From: Flectonema sp. DT1601
Taxonomy: Eukaryota
NCBI GenBank assembly: GCA_964019425.1
Contig: OZ025782.1
Location: 558,001 to 622,000, forward strand
Length of the DNA: 64,000 bases
Direction of reading: 5' to 3'
The position numbers were made by a program, and so were the translations under genes. Positions 35,052 through 46,848 of the stretch are shown here, piece by piece. The notes beneath the pieces were generated by a model that saw only the letters and a list, made by a program, of their open reading frames with translations, searched no databases and was not told the DNA's origin. Position 1 is the stretch's first letter. Every line of letters begins with the position of its first letter.

Positions 35052-38000
35052 AGAGAGATGGATAAAGAGACAGGTTTCGAAAACTAGAAACCCCTACTTC
35101 CCCCACCACAGTAAAGTTTTTTAAAATATTTTTTTTTAATTTTTTTTTTAATGTTATTTCCTCCGTTAGGTTGCTGTATTTGCTCGGCATATTCTAATCG
35201 GATCTAGTGGCTGTCTCGCAGTAAGGGCTTCTGCAATTTGGGACTGTTGACTTTCTACTACTACTGAGAACGGATAAAGAGAAGTGTTCAGAAATGAACC
35301 TCATCAGCCCATCGTCGATCTTTAATTGGGTCTGCTGGCACTATTTTTTTTTTATTCCTTTGTCAAATTCTCTCCAGTCAGGGAAGGCTGCGTACACGAT
35401 TTATTGCATTTTTTAATTTATTGTTCTTTTTTTTTTTTTTTTTTTTTTCCCCATCTGCCTTAACGTGCAGAGGCGCTATTCGGCTATCCGGCTACGTGTT
35501 TCACAGTAAAAAAAAAAAGAACGAAAAACAAAAGGGAAATAGAAGGAAAAAAAAAAAAAAGAAAAAAGATTTTGGGGACAGCATAATGAAGCATGCGTTA
35601 CGCAGTTGCTGTTTTTTTTTCTTTTCTTTTTTGTCTTCTGTCTAAATTTTAAGATGATTGCTGATTGTTTTTCCTGACTAATCCATCGTACAACACATTT
35701 ATGTGTCAGAGAGAAGACTGGTTTATTTGATCTGGTTCAGCATTGACTTCACGATTTATTTTTTTTTTTTTTTTTTTTTTTTTGCTTTTCTTTTATAGCA
35801 GCTTCACTTCAAATCTTTATTAGTTGAAAAGAATCATTATCGTCAGTCCACAGCTGTCGCTTATCTTGCTTGAAGTATTCCCCCTTCGTGCTCTACAACT
35901 ACCCGGGGGCGAACCACTTTGTGCGAAGAGTTTTTTTTTCCTTCTCTTTCTTACCTCATTGCGGATATGTTCTTGCAGCATTTTAACCTGATGTATAACT
36001 TTTTTTTTTTTTTTTTGTTGTCTTAACTTGGCAAGCCTGACTAATGCCGGAAAAAATTAAAAAAAGAAGAGGAAAAAAAAAAAAAAAAAAAAAACAAGGT
36101 TGTAGGCGACAGTAACCCTGAATGACTCTCTTAACTAAGTAGTAGGAATACTTCTTTCGTTGTTTGTCTTTTGTGGTGTCGTTGTTGGCAAGTCTTCCTT
36201 TCTTGAGAGATCACTTCTGCTACTTATCTATTCTAAAACTAAATAAACAAGCGATTCTGTTTGTGTGTTCTCATTCATGACCAGGTTCTCTGCGTTAGTA
36301 GCAGTGATAAAAAAAAGATTAACTTGACCTCGTTGCTAATTAAGTTTCGTAGTGCGATTATGTCAATCCTTAAATCGATTGTTGAAAAGTCACCTAACAA
36401 ACCATGCATGCTTCCGCTAGATTTTCCCTTCCCATGTAGCCCTAAACAAGTCTTTATGTCATACGTATAAAGTCTGGTGTACCCTTTATTTTTTTTTTTG
36501 CTCTAACAAGGAACATGTGTTTGTTTGGAGGGGTGTGTTGCTAATTTATCTAAAAAAAAAAAAAAAAGAAGCTCCTAACACTTTCTAGTCATAAAGTCTT
36601 AACAACTTCTTCTTCAATCAACTCGTAAAAAAAAAAAAAAAAAAAAATGAGGATTCACCTACTTTCATGTTACTGTCACTAAACTTAAGTTGATTTTGGT
36701 CCGTTTCTTTCCGCCTGACGAGATTTCAAAATAGGCTTGATGTTTTCTTCTTTGGACACCTTCTTTTGGAGAAAAGCAAAGCAAAGAAAAAAAAAAAAAA
36801 AAATTAAGAAAATTGACGATGGGAGCGTTGTGAAAAAACACCCATCGTTTTCTTGGAAGATGAAAAAAAAAAAAAAAAAAAAAAAAACTACAACTTACCA
36901 GGTATGTTACTTGGTGGTATCCTCTTTGAGTCTTTTGTAGTGCGTTTTGTGTTTTGTTGTTTCTGATCCTTTTCCCTAGTCTTTTCTTTCTTTTTTGTGA
37001 TTCATCACGGTTTAATTGATTACTGGAGAGTGCGTAGATTCTGTCAATGCCTCCTTATTTGAGTATGAGGATTATTTTCAAAAAAAAAAAAAAAAAAAAA
37101 AAAATAATAAGTCTATTTTGTTCTTTCATTTTAGTCACTCAGCAGTGTAAAGAGGGGGTGACTGCGAAAGCAAAGACGCTGTAATTAATCCATGTTTAAA
37201 TATAAGGATAAAAAAAAGAAAAAAAGGAAAACAAAAACAAAAAGGAAAACAAAGATCCCAAGGGGATTCTTATCCTTGTTCTTCCCTTTCTTGAGCAGCA
37301 TTATTAGTCAATATACCTTACAGTGACTGTTATCATGGATGCATGCCACTAATACAATGGTATCCTCCGCCAGAGCTTGCCAAGCTTTTTTCTTCTTTTT
37401 TTTTTGATTGGTGTGCTTCCTATAAACTAGTCTCATTTTTTTTTTTTAAAAACTATTTTCTGTTCCTTGTTTAAATATAAGGAAAAAAAAAAAAAAAAAA
37501 AATGAATTTTTTACTTGCCCTTTTTATTTTTAATCAATGACGCGATGCATGTTTGCAGTGTGTACAATTTGCGATGTCAGGTAATTTGATACAAGGAACG
37601 TACACTCAGCCCATTTCATGTATTTTGGACCATAGGCCAAAAAAAAATACACACGTCAGACTGAAAAAGATGCAATTTACATATTACGTCGAATACAAAT
37701 ATTCAGGCGTTTATTAATTTATTTATCGTTTGAGTTGTCCAAAGGTGCAATTCGGCAACAGTGATATAAAACCAATAAAAAAAGAGCGAAATGCAATGCT
37801 TCGATGCGGAACGAGAAAATAAAAAGGAAATAATAAGGGAAAAGAATAAAAAAGAAAAAAAGAAAACCTATAGATTTTTATTATACAGAATGGTACGTCG
37901 ATGTCAAGTTTATTTCAAGATAAAAAAAAAATAAAGGGGGACACACACCATTTGTTTTTTTTTTTCCTCCGTTTGTCTTTTCTAGCATAAAAAAAAAAAC

Positions 38001-38757
38001 TGTTTTTCCTTCTTCTTCTTCCCACTCTGAAAAATATTTCCGTTTCCAAAAAAATACTTCAAAAAAAAAAAAAAAAAAAAATCAGAAAAAAAGCAATTGA
38101 TGAACACGAAACGACCAACTGTTTAGTAAATCGCAGTTTGCTTAGAATCCTGAAAGGGAAGGAGAGAGCAAAACTGAAACTGTCTGGCAACTCAGCAGTT
38201 GCAAACTTTGTTTTCTTTCTTTTGCTGTTTTTTTTTTTTTTTTTTTTTTAAATTCCCTATTACACACAAAAAAAAAAAAAAAAAAAAAAGAATCGACCAA
38301 CTTCACTTTTTACTTTTTTTTTTTTACTCAAGACTTTTGTTTTGTTTGTGTGCGACGCCCTAACAACGGCACAAAATCTTAATAAAAGTATAGATGAATT
38401 CTATTTCCACCGAGAAAATAGATTTGCATGCACAAAAAACAAAAAACAAAAAACAAAAAAACGGTAGCGAAATAGTTGCGTCTTTTACGGAAAAAAAAAG
38501 AAAACGGGAGAAGAAAAAAAAAAAAACAAAAAAAAAAACAAGAAATGACTACTTAGAAACTCGAATTCGACCTCTTCCCCCTCCCCACTTTTGTGCCACT
38601 AGAAGAGGGCTATCGTTGATTATAGTATGCGAGTTGCTTGATCTTTCTATTTCAGATACAGATATGTGATGATGATGTTACTGAGTAGTCCCTCACATCT
38701 ATTACACTATAATAACCATCTTTCTACAGTACACCGTGGCTCACCGGTAGACACAAA

Positions 38758-39090
38758 ATGGGTATCCCGTTGTGGATATCTGCTGTGTTGTTGGGTGGTG
38801 CGGCAGGAGCCACAGGAGGGGTATCATGTGTTGGGATATTTGTACTAGCGACGCTTATGAGTAGAGAAGACGTTGAAGAAGACCGAGAGATAGTAAAAGG
38901 AGCGAATTGCACATCGTCAAACCTGTTAGCTGTTCCATCGTGTGAGGGAGGTATTGTTGGTTGCGGATTAGCTTCAGTAATTATAGCGACTAGTGAGACT
39001 TCTGTTTTAATGACAACAGCAATCGGTGCTGCTTCAGGTTGCTCAGCTCTCGCTATCCATCTTGCGGTCAATGCCTCTGCTGATATATAA
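38758..39090 (+). CDS. Small Gly/Ala-rich hydrophobic protein (110 aa)
   Basis: ATG ORF in a coding-like island ending a 10-kb non-coding stretch, preceded by ctttctacag. It has two hydrophobic Gly-rich regions separated by an acidic linker. Confidence 0.6.
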   Translation: MGIPLWISAVLLGGAAGATGGVSCVGIFVLATLMSREDVEEDREIVKGANCTSSNLLAVPSCEGGIVGCGLASVIIATSETSVLMTTAIGAASGCSALAIHLAVNASADI

Positions 39091-39739
39091 GTATCTTTTC
39101 CGTTTACCTGCCTTGTGATGTTATTTATAACCACATTTTTACTCATCGCAATCGTTTACATTAATGAAGGAGATTGACGAAAACATTATAATCAATGACT
39201 AATGTCGTATTATTTTCTTTTTTGGCAAGCCAGCTTTAGAAATTAGATCGACGGCTGTGCGTCGTGATTCTTCACAAATAATTTGAAGATAGATCCCAGT
39301 GACTTCAGTTTTTTTTTTTTGTTTGTTCGGCGCTTTAAAGAGGGTGAGCAGCAATAGTTCTCGTGTGCTTTTTAAAAAAAAAATAAAAAAAAAAAAAAAT
39401 GAGAACGAGGAAAAAAAAAAAAAAAAAACAACAAACTTAACTGCAAGAAATTGCCTCGCTTACTTACACTATTCTAAAACGTTTAGTTTCGGAAAAACTT
39501 TTTTTTTTTTTTTATTTTGGACGGTTGATAGTTTATCTACTTTCTTACATACAAATGAGGAAACACATGCCTGACTAGAGATGAAATCAATACCTTAGTT
39601 GAATCTATCATTTTTTATAATTACATCGCTTTTTTGACAGGCTTCGAAATATTTTGATAAAATAAATATACATATGAATAGTTCATAGCAAGCAATCACA
39701 AATCTAACTATTACTCGACGGTCTGTGAATCGGAAAAGA

Positions 39740-40882
39740 ATGATGTCTCCGAGAAGAATGATGATGCTGCTTCTCGCTTTGACAATGTTTTCATCAAGTA
39801 CATGGTTTGTTTCTCACATAATGGTTCAGAGCGAAAGGAGAAAAAGAATTGAAAATCGAGGAATTGTAAAGGACAGAGAGCTATCCACTGAGATGGCGTC
39901 GCTAATTACAAATTCACCTCAGAAATATCAACCTTGGATAAATAGAAAAAAATATACCGTGAAGGATGCCACTAACAGAACAAATATTTTTCAAGTAGCA
40001 GAAAAAAAGACTTCCGGCGGTCTTGGGATTGTAACGTTTGTTGGAAATAATAAATACTGTGATGGAGCATTAGTTTTAGGATACACCGCGATGAAAACAT
40101 CAAATTGTGGTAAAGGAAAATGGTGTCAAACAGGTGTTCTTGTATCTAAGAAGATATCGCCACACAACATTGAACGCCTCTCTGTTATTTTCAACGAAGT
40201 TGTAACCGTCAACGATACGTTAGCTAGGTCAGTTAAGGGTACTCCTTGGGGGAGTACTTTTGATAAGTTCTATTTGTGGGCTCTGACGAGATTTGAATTT
40301 ATAATATTCTACGATGCTGACATGGTTTTAACAAAACACACTGCGGCATACTACCATTCCTTATCCCTTCCAAGTGATAATCATTGGATCGCTGCTCTCG
40401 GAACCACTGGTGGATATTTCGCTACCGGAACAGTAGTTTTGAGACCAAACATCACAATCTTAAATGAGCTACTTGGATTCTATGACGCTGTCTTAAAAAA
40501 TGAAACCGACAAATGGGGTTTCAGGGGACCCAACGCCCGTGATGGATTGGTAATGAGATACTTCATAGCTGGTCGTGTGATGCCGATTGAGGGAATTCCA
40601 GGTCATCATTTCAGTGGAGCATGGAAGCCTTGGTATAACATAAATGGTGACTACTCGGAAGTTAAAGATTTTAAAAAAATATTCAAAGGATCTCCTTCAC
40701 GGATACCTCTTCATGATACTTGGTGGACTGCTTGTGAACAAATGCACACTACAATGTTTATGGATAAAGATTCAGAGCAGCGAGCTTTTCACAATGAATG
40801 GGGTGACAAAGCATCTCCAACTACACACATTTGGATGCTTCGAGACACAAAGTGGCAATATTTACATCCACTGAAGGAGTAA
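39740..40882 (+). CDS. Glycosyltransferase family 8 (glycogenin-like), type II membrane protein
   Basis: N-terminal TM anchor; YCDGALVLG, TFDKFYLWALTRFEFIIFYDADM (DxD motif) and HFSGAWKPW. Confidence 0.88.
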   Translation: MMSPRRMMMLLLALTMFSSSTWFVSHIMVQSERRKRIENRGIVKDRELSTEMASLITNSPQKYQPWINRKKYTVKDATNRTNIFQVAEKKTSGGLGIVTFVGNNKYCDGALVLGYTAMKTSNCGKGKWCQTGVLVSKKISPHNIERLSVIFNEVVTVNDTLARSVKGTPWGSTFDKFYLWALTRFEFIIFYDADMVLTKHTAAYYHSLSLPSDNHWIAALGTTGGYFATGTVVLRPNITILNELLGFYDAVLKNETDKWGFRGPNARDGLVMRYFIAGRVMPIEGIPGHHFSGAWKPWYNINGDYSEVKDFKKIFKGSPSRIPLHDTWWTACEQMHTTMFMDKDSEQRAFHNEWGDKASPTTHIWMLRDTKWQYLHPLKE

Positions 40883-41053
40883 AAGTAAGAGGAAGACGTT
40901 GGTCCTTTTTACAACAGATTATGTCAACAAGTTGGGATTTGTAAGAGAAGAAAGGTTTGTGGATGAAACCATGTCCGCGCCTACCAATTATTTGTGTTCT
41001 CATTGCTCAGCTTTTGATGTTATCTTTCTTCCCTTTTCTTCAGAAGATAAATT

Positions 41054-41566
41054 ATGACAAAAGGAAATGTTATTGCTCGCCGTGCTGTCTTTTTAGATTT
41101 CGATCAGACGATTTCAACAACTCATGTTTGGAAGTTGTTGGGAGGTAGGAACGACCCGTCACTTTTAAAAAACGTAACTGACGATCGATTGTGGGGAGGG
41201 AAAGATAGAGAAGCCAGACTGAGATCACTTTGGAAGTCGATGGAAGACAAAGGTGTTGATGTTCACGTCATTTCACACAATTGGAGAGAAATAGTCGCAT
41301 CTGCACTAAAGAGAGGAGACTTCGGAGAAACGCGTTCTATCTGTGGTAGAGAAACAGTCCGAAAGAAGGGAGTTGCCGTAGCTTCCATCTTAAATCACTA
41401 CAACATCGAAAGTAAGAATGCTTGTTTTGTTGATGATGATGCGACGAATATTCACGACGTGTCTCACACCTGTCCTGGTATCGTTGCTATTCCTTCTCCA
41501 ACATCTGGTCTTCAAGATGAACAAATAGATTATATCCTTCAATGGGCTGAAAGTCCAAAGAAATAG
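41054..41566 (+). CDS. HAD-superfamily hydrolase/phosphatase
   Basis: Motif I VFLDFDQTI, motif II VISHN, motif III Lys, motif IV FVDDDATNI. Confidence 0.85.
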   Translation: MTKGNVIARRAVFLDFDQTISTTHVWKLLGGRNDPSLLKNVTDDRLWGGKDREARLRSLWKSMEDKGVDVHVISHNWREIVASALKRGDFGETRSICGRETVRKKGVAVASILNHYNIESKNACFVDDDATNIHDVSHTCPGIVAIPSPTSGLQDEQIDYILQWAESPKK

Positions 41567-41689
41567 TTCAGTAGACACCTCACTATTCAAACCTTAGAGA
41601 GAATGCAAAAGGGATACTTTAGGACAGCTATTGGAGTAAATGTTTCTCTCAAGTACCAACCACTGTCGAAATAGTATCGCACGGACTGA

Positions 41690-43400
41690 CATCTGTGAGA
41701 ACAGCTGAAAAATTCGGGTGCGTTCTCTCTTGTCTGTCTTCCTATTTGCCCTAACCCCGTAGTGAGACATGGGCACGCCGTTTTTTTACAAGAAATTGGC
41801 TGAACAAATTCATCCTCACAAAATACATTTTACAGACTCCCCTTTGAATACATTTCTCTCAAATAGTTGCGTGTACTTAGTAAACATTCTAAAAAGAGTT
41901 TTACCAACAGAAGTACAGAAGCAGTTTAAGGGAAAGTACTAAACTCATTTATTTGAGAGGAGGAAGTTATAATTGAACCCCCCGTACGGTTTCTGAAGAG
42001 CTTCGCTTAAGGAAAGCTCGTTTGTCTAGTTCTCATGTGGCACCTCTCTGACACATGAACGAAATACTTTAAGAAGAACCATCAATAGGTACGTTCTGTG
42101 TTGTTCAGTGTTCAGCTCTTCTCTGATGCATTTTCAGAACAGAGTTTGAAGGGAAGTTATTCCCATTCTCACATAGTTACCTCCAGCGTTGAGATTCAAT
42201 GCCCCCTCGCTGTACTGTCTTTTTCTGAGGTGCTTTCCAGCTTTTCGGAAAAGTGGTAACACTTTTGATAATTTGTCGTTGCTTGTGCTACTAACGCTTC
42301 TCCTCTGAAATACTTTTTAAGTGTCAGCAGTCTAACCAACAACAGTATTGAGACTCAATGTTTTTTTCCCCTTCTCTTTTTTTCTGAAGAGGGAATTGAG
42401 CCAAAAAAAAATGAATGTTTTAAAAGAACAAACACCTTCGTGAATTCCACTTGCCTCCAACTTTCATTTCATTCAACATTCCAGTAGTGTTTGAATGAAA
42501 TGAAGGAAAAAAAAAAAAAAAAAAAAAAACCAAAAAACGGTTTAGAAGATTTGCATCATTATTTTCTTCTTGTGTCGCAAGTTGTGATTACTTTTAATTT
42601 TTTCCTTCTGCATATCATATTCTATGTTGTTATCTACCTTTTCATTGTAAATAATATTTTGCTTCATTGATTCTCTGACACGTAACGACTGATCTGCAGT
42701 ATTGGTGACGAAGACTGCGCTGAGCGGCTGCAACAAAAAAAAAAGAAAAAAAAAAAACGTTTTCTTTCTAACCTGAGCATGCTTGCACGTGCTGTTTCTC
42801 AAGACTGGTGTGGGGTGGTGGTTACGAGTTGCTTGTTTTGGAATGAAGTTTATAATAATTTTTACTTAAACTACGCCTGGTATTCGGGTGTTTGTTATTT
42901 TTTGCTATCTCTTCATTGAAGTTTATTTGGCACTCAATTGAGTGAGGATGGAAGGGAACCTTATCTTTGCGATCTTCCCTAATGTTTGTACAGTTTCTCA
43001 GCGGGCACATATTGTTTTCTGTTACAAGAATTATGTCAAAAAAAAACAAAAAGAATCAACGGAAAAAGAAAACCTTTCCGGGCTTGCGATAGTTTTTTTT
43101 TCTTTTTGTTTTTTTTTGCACTTCCCAAGCGAATATAATACGAGCTAAAAGGAATGTCGACAGCACACATAAACCTCCTTTAGCTTTATCAGTTTAAGTC
43201 GGTAGAGCTGGACAGAGTTGTTTTTTTCTTTTCTCCTCTTTATTTCTATAACTTTCAGACAAGAGGACATCTTTAGATGGCCAATCAGTGTGACAAACCC
43301 ATGCTCCGTCCTCGTTTGTTTCTCATTTCTATAATCTGAGAATACGAGTTCTTGAACTTGTTTTAAATATTTATTCCTCTTCCCAACTAATCCCAAGACC
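41690..43400 (-). mobile_element. Highly degenerate LINE remnant with RNase H-like motif
   Basis: Minus strand VPMSHYGVRANRKTDK (41729-41776) resembles the RNase H motif WVPSHxGxxGNExAD. Upstream on that strand (~42870-42960), KDKVPF...INFNEEI..NKHP followed by a frameshifted GVV resembles the RT C-terminal block. Boundaries approximate. Confidence 0.45.
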
Positions 43401-44630
43401 ACCCCATTCCCTTGCCTATTTTCCTTCGTTTTTTAAGTATCTTTTTTTTTCTTTTTTTTTTGGAAAAAAAAAAAAAAAAAAAACCAATTGGAGTGTGACA
43501 AACGAGACAACCAACCAACTTACTCATTGTTGTGAAACTTTTATGTTAATATTTGAGGAAAAGTAGGCAACCTCGATGTGTCGTCTTATTCTTAATGAAT
43601 GCTGGACCAATTTTTGTTGGTTTCTTTTTTTTTTTTTTTGGTCCATAACCCTGTATTGTTTTTGTTTTTCCAGCCGAAACTATAAAACTGCAATCTTCGC
43701 GATTGGGTCCTTACTGATGCGGGCTACCCAAACCCAGGCCCCTCGTAGTCATCAGTTTGTATTTTGCTAACTAACTTTTTCTTCCTTTTGACTGATAATC
43801 ATTAATACTAACTTTTTCTTCCCTATATCTCCAAGTGATTTATAGGGGGAAAAAAAAAAGAATAAAAAATTAGAGGAAGGCTTGTTGGGTTTTGGATTGT
43901 TTTATTGAAAAAGGACCTTCTGATTAATTGATGTGATGGTTAGAGTGAGATTAGGTTTAACAATTATTGTGAATATAAGAGAAAAGTAATTTTTTGTGAG
44001 GGTAACAGTAACAGTAATTAGTATGGTTTTTTTTTTTTTTAGTTTTTTTTAAATTTTTTTTTTTCCCATTCTAATTTATTATTTTGAAACATAACTCAAG
44101 AGTTTCACTCTGCATTTGACCCGCTGACATCGTCTCTTGCAGACCCAAGCGACCCTTCATTCTTCTTCGTATTTTTCTTCCCTCCGACAAGGATAACTCA
44201 CTCAGGGTCCAATTTTCTTATTTTAAATGTTCTATTTTATGTTTTAGGTAGTTCAAGATTACCCTTTTTTTTATTTTATTTTATTTTTATTGTCAGCATC
44301 GGTGGCTACGTGAAACAAACGTGACACTGAACTCAACTCAGAACAGAGTAATTTTTTTTTTCCTCTTTCTTTTTTTTTGTTTTTTAAAGAAGATAGTTGC
44401 AGTTCTTTGAAATACCTGTCTGAAGTAAAACATGGTTTCTGATGTTGGAAAACTTTTGTTTTTGTTTTTCATTTTTTTTTTTTTTCATGCAGCGAACATG
44501 GGGGAGAGAGAGAGAACTCTCTGCAGAGCAACTCCTTAGAGCATTTCGAGTCACCATATCGGTCTTTTATAAGTTAAAGTTTACTATACAGAACACATCA
44601 CAAAAAGAAAAAAAAGAAAAAAAGAAAAAA

Positions 44631-46586
44631 ATGGACCTAACACCGTGTATATCATTGATAACAAAGACATCATTCGAATTAGAAACAAAAGAATGGTTTT
44701 CCGGAAACAGTGATGCAGCTGTTGCCTTTGCGGAGGCAACAGAAGGTACTCACACTTGGTACACGAATGGTAAGAGAAGTGTTCATCAACCACAGTTGGA
44801 AAGTTTAAGCTCAATAGTAAAACATTTAATACAAAAGGAGAACGATAACGGAATTAAAATAGATCAGCTGGTTGAATTGGGTGCAGGAAAAGGACTTCTC
44901 GGATGTATTCTTCAAAAACTAACTTCGATTCCGTTAACATCAATAGAACGAAGAGATGTCTCTGCGAACTACGATCACAGTAATGACGTCACTCGACTGA
45001 CTTCAGATTTAACAGAAGTTGAATTATCGACACTCATCGATCCAAAAAATAATATTTTAGCCTTAGCAAAACATTTTTGCGGACCCGCATCCGACGCGGC
45101 TATAAAAACATTTATTGAGACTCCACAAGTTCATATGGCTGTGATAGCACCTTGTTGTCATCCTCAACTCACATGGGAGACCTATTCGAATAGTGAATAT
45201 TTAGAATCTCTCGGGTTTACTGAAACAGACTTCCCTCTTCTACTCGACTTACTAACCCTATCAAAATACACTAAAGGTATCAGTGAGAAGGATTGCAAGC
45301 GATGGAAAGATTTAAAGAATCTTCCTAGAGATACTGTGTACACACTTGGAAGACAAGTTAGACGAATTTTAGAGGAGGGTCGTTGTCGTCAATTACAAAA
45401 CAATGGCTTTGCGGATGTGACCGTTGTAAAGTATGCCCCGGACTCAGTCACTCCAGATAATTTGATAATAGTAGCGAAAAGAAAGGGAATGGGACTCACA
45501 CAGTCGATTCAAGAACGTAACTATTCGATCCTACCAAACACGGGAGTTGTTCTTCACTGCAACGGCGACACTTCAGTCACAAATAGACTAACGGAATACA
45601 TTCTGGAGCTACGTAGTAATCCTTCTATCTCAGCAATCCTCCAGAGTGCTGCCATCCATACAATAAAATACAGCAACGAGACCCTTTCAAATGTTATAGT
45701 AATTGAGGGAGATCCAAAGTGTATATTATTATTACTGGCTTATAATCCATTAGTTCTCCGTACTGTTGATATTGTGATTCCCTTTACTTCAATTAGTCAA
45801 CTTGGTCATGAAAGTAATGAAGAGACTTGTCTTAAGGCAATCCAACAACACGTAGTCGAGGGTTCAGTTTATAGAATTTGCGCAATTCCGAGGAATATTG
45901 AGCAGTCGTTGTACACGAAAATGTCTTGTGCTTCACCGACAACTTTTACAGATACGTTTTTTGCATTGGTTTGGAGAGGAAGGCATGAGTTTGAAAAACG
46001 AATCATGCACTCGTCGATCCCAAGACCGGATTTTGATGTTAGAGATTGGCGTGAAGCAGCTTGCAAACTTCCCGCCTGGGTAAAATCTAAAACCGACAAG
46101 TCGATTCATTATTTCATTGTTGAAGTTCACAATCGATACTTAAAACTCGTACCAGAGTCTACTGTTGTTATTGTGTATGATGATAAAAAGAACCCTGCAG
46201 TCAATACAGCTTGTACCACCCTTGCAAAAGAATATAAAATGAAAACAGAATGCATATTCAAAGACGAACCAACACAAAACAAGTTAACACCAACAACACC
46301 TGTCCAATTGGTGTTATTCATTCTTGGAATGGGTTCACCATCTGAGAGTATTGCTAAAGTCTTATCAACAACATCTCTACCAGAAGGAACACCAATTGCA
46401 GGTCAGTTAAAACTAGGCGTTCAAAGCAGAGGGAGACGAGCATTAGAACGTGCATTGGGTCCTTGGAAGGAAAAATCCGCCCCTTTCAAAGATTCCTGGA
46501 TCAGTCATTCAGTGACTGATAAAGAAACAGAAAGGACATTAATAAGTTACTACTCTCCTGATAAAATAAAAAACAACTGTTGCTAA
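44631..46586 (+). CDS. TRM13: TRM13-like tRNA 2'-O-methyltransferase with long C-terminal extension
   Basis: LVELGAGKGLL, LAKHFCGPASDAAI, IAPCCH, LGRQVRRILEEGR...GF and YAPDSVTPDNLIIVA are TRM13 methyltransferase motifs. Likely ATG at 44631. Confidence 0.8.
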   Translation: MDLTPCISLITKTSFELETKEWFSGNSDAAVAFAEATEGTHTWYTNGKRSVHQPQLESLSSIVKHLIQKENDNGIKIDQLVELGAGKGLLGCILQKLTSIPLTSIERRDVSANYDHSNDVTRLTSDLTEVELSTLIDPKNNILALAKHFCGPASDAAIKTFIETPQVHMAVIAPCCHPQLTWETYSNSEYLESLGFTETDFPLLLDLLTLSKYTKGISEKDCKRWKDLKNLPRDTVYTLGRQVRRILEEGRCRQLQNNGFADVTVVKYAPDSVTPDNLIIVAKRKGMGLTQSIQERNYSILPNTGVVLHCNGDTSVTNRLTEYILELRSNPSISAILQSAAIHTIKYSNETLSNVIVIEGDPKCILLLLAYNPLVLRTVDIVIPFTSISQLGHESNEETCLKAIQQHVVEGSVYRICAIPRNIEQSLYTKMSCASPTTFTDTFFALVWRGRHEFEKRIMHSSIPRPDFDVRDWREAACKLPAWVKSKTDKSIHYFIVEVHNRYLKLVPESTVVIVYDDKKNPAVNTACTTLAKEYKMKTECIFKDEPTQNKLTPTTPVQLVLFILGMGSPSESIAKVLSTTSLPEGTPIAGQLKLGVQSRGRRALERALGPWKEKSAPFKDSWISHSVTDKETERTLISYYSPDKIKNNCC

Positions 46587-46848
46587 TTCTATGAATTAAA
46601 AATCTTAAATTACAAACCAAACCGATAATTATCATGTCCATCTATTGTCGTGGAGCAATTTTTCCCGTCGTATTTTTTTTAAAGTAGTTTTGTTTTAATC
46701 AAACACTTCTAGGTTTATATTACAACATAAACACAACTTGAATATGAAAGCAGCAGCGGCAGTTGAGATAATCTCTGTCTTTGAATGTAGTCACAACAAA
46801 AAGAAAATTAATTATTAATTTTTTTATCACACAGATTCATTAATTATA

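Noticed and set aside
28734..38700. Numerous 60-120 aa ORFs rich in poly-Phe/poly-Lys (also at 25400-26900 and 51400-59500)
   Set aside because: They are translations of poly(T)/poly(A) tracts, often with non-ATG starts, and show no motifs.
38724..39146. Minus-strand 140-aa ORF
   Set aside because: It overlaps the plus-strand 110-aa ORF in antisense; the plus strand fits the window-wide orientation.
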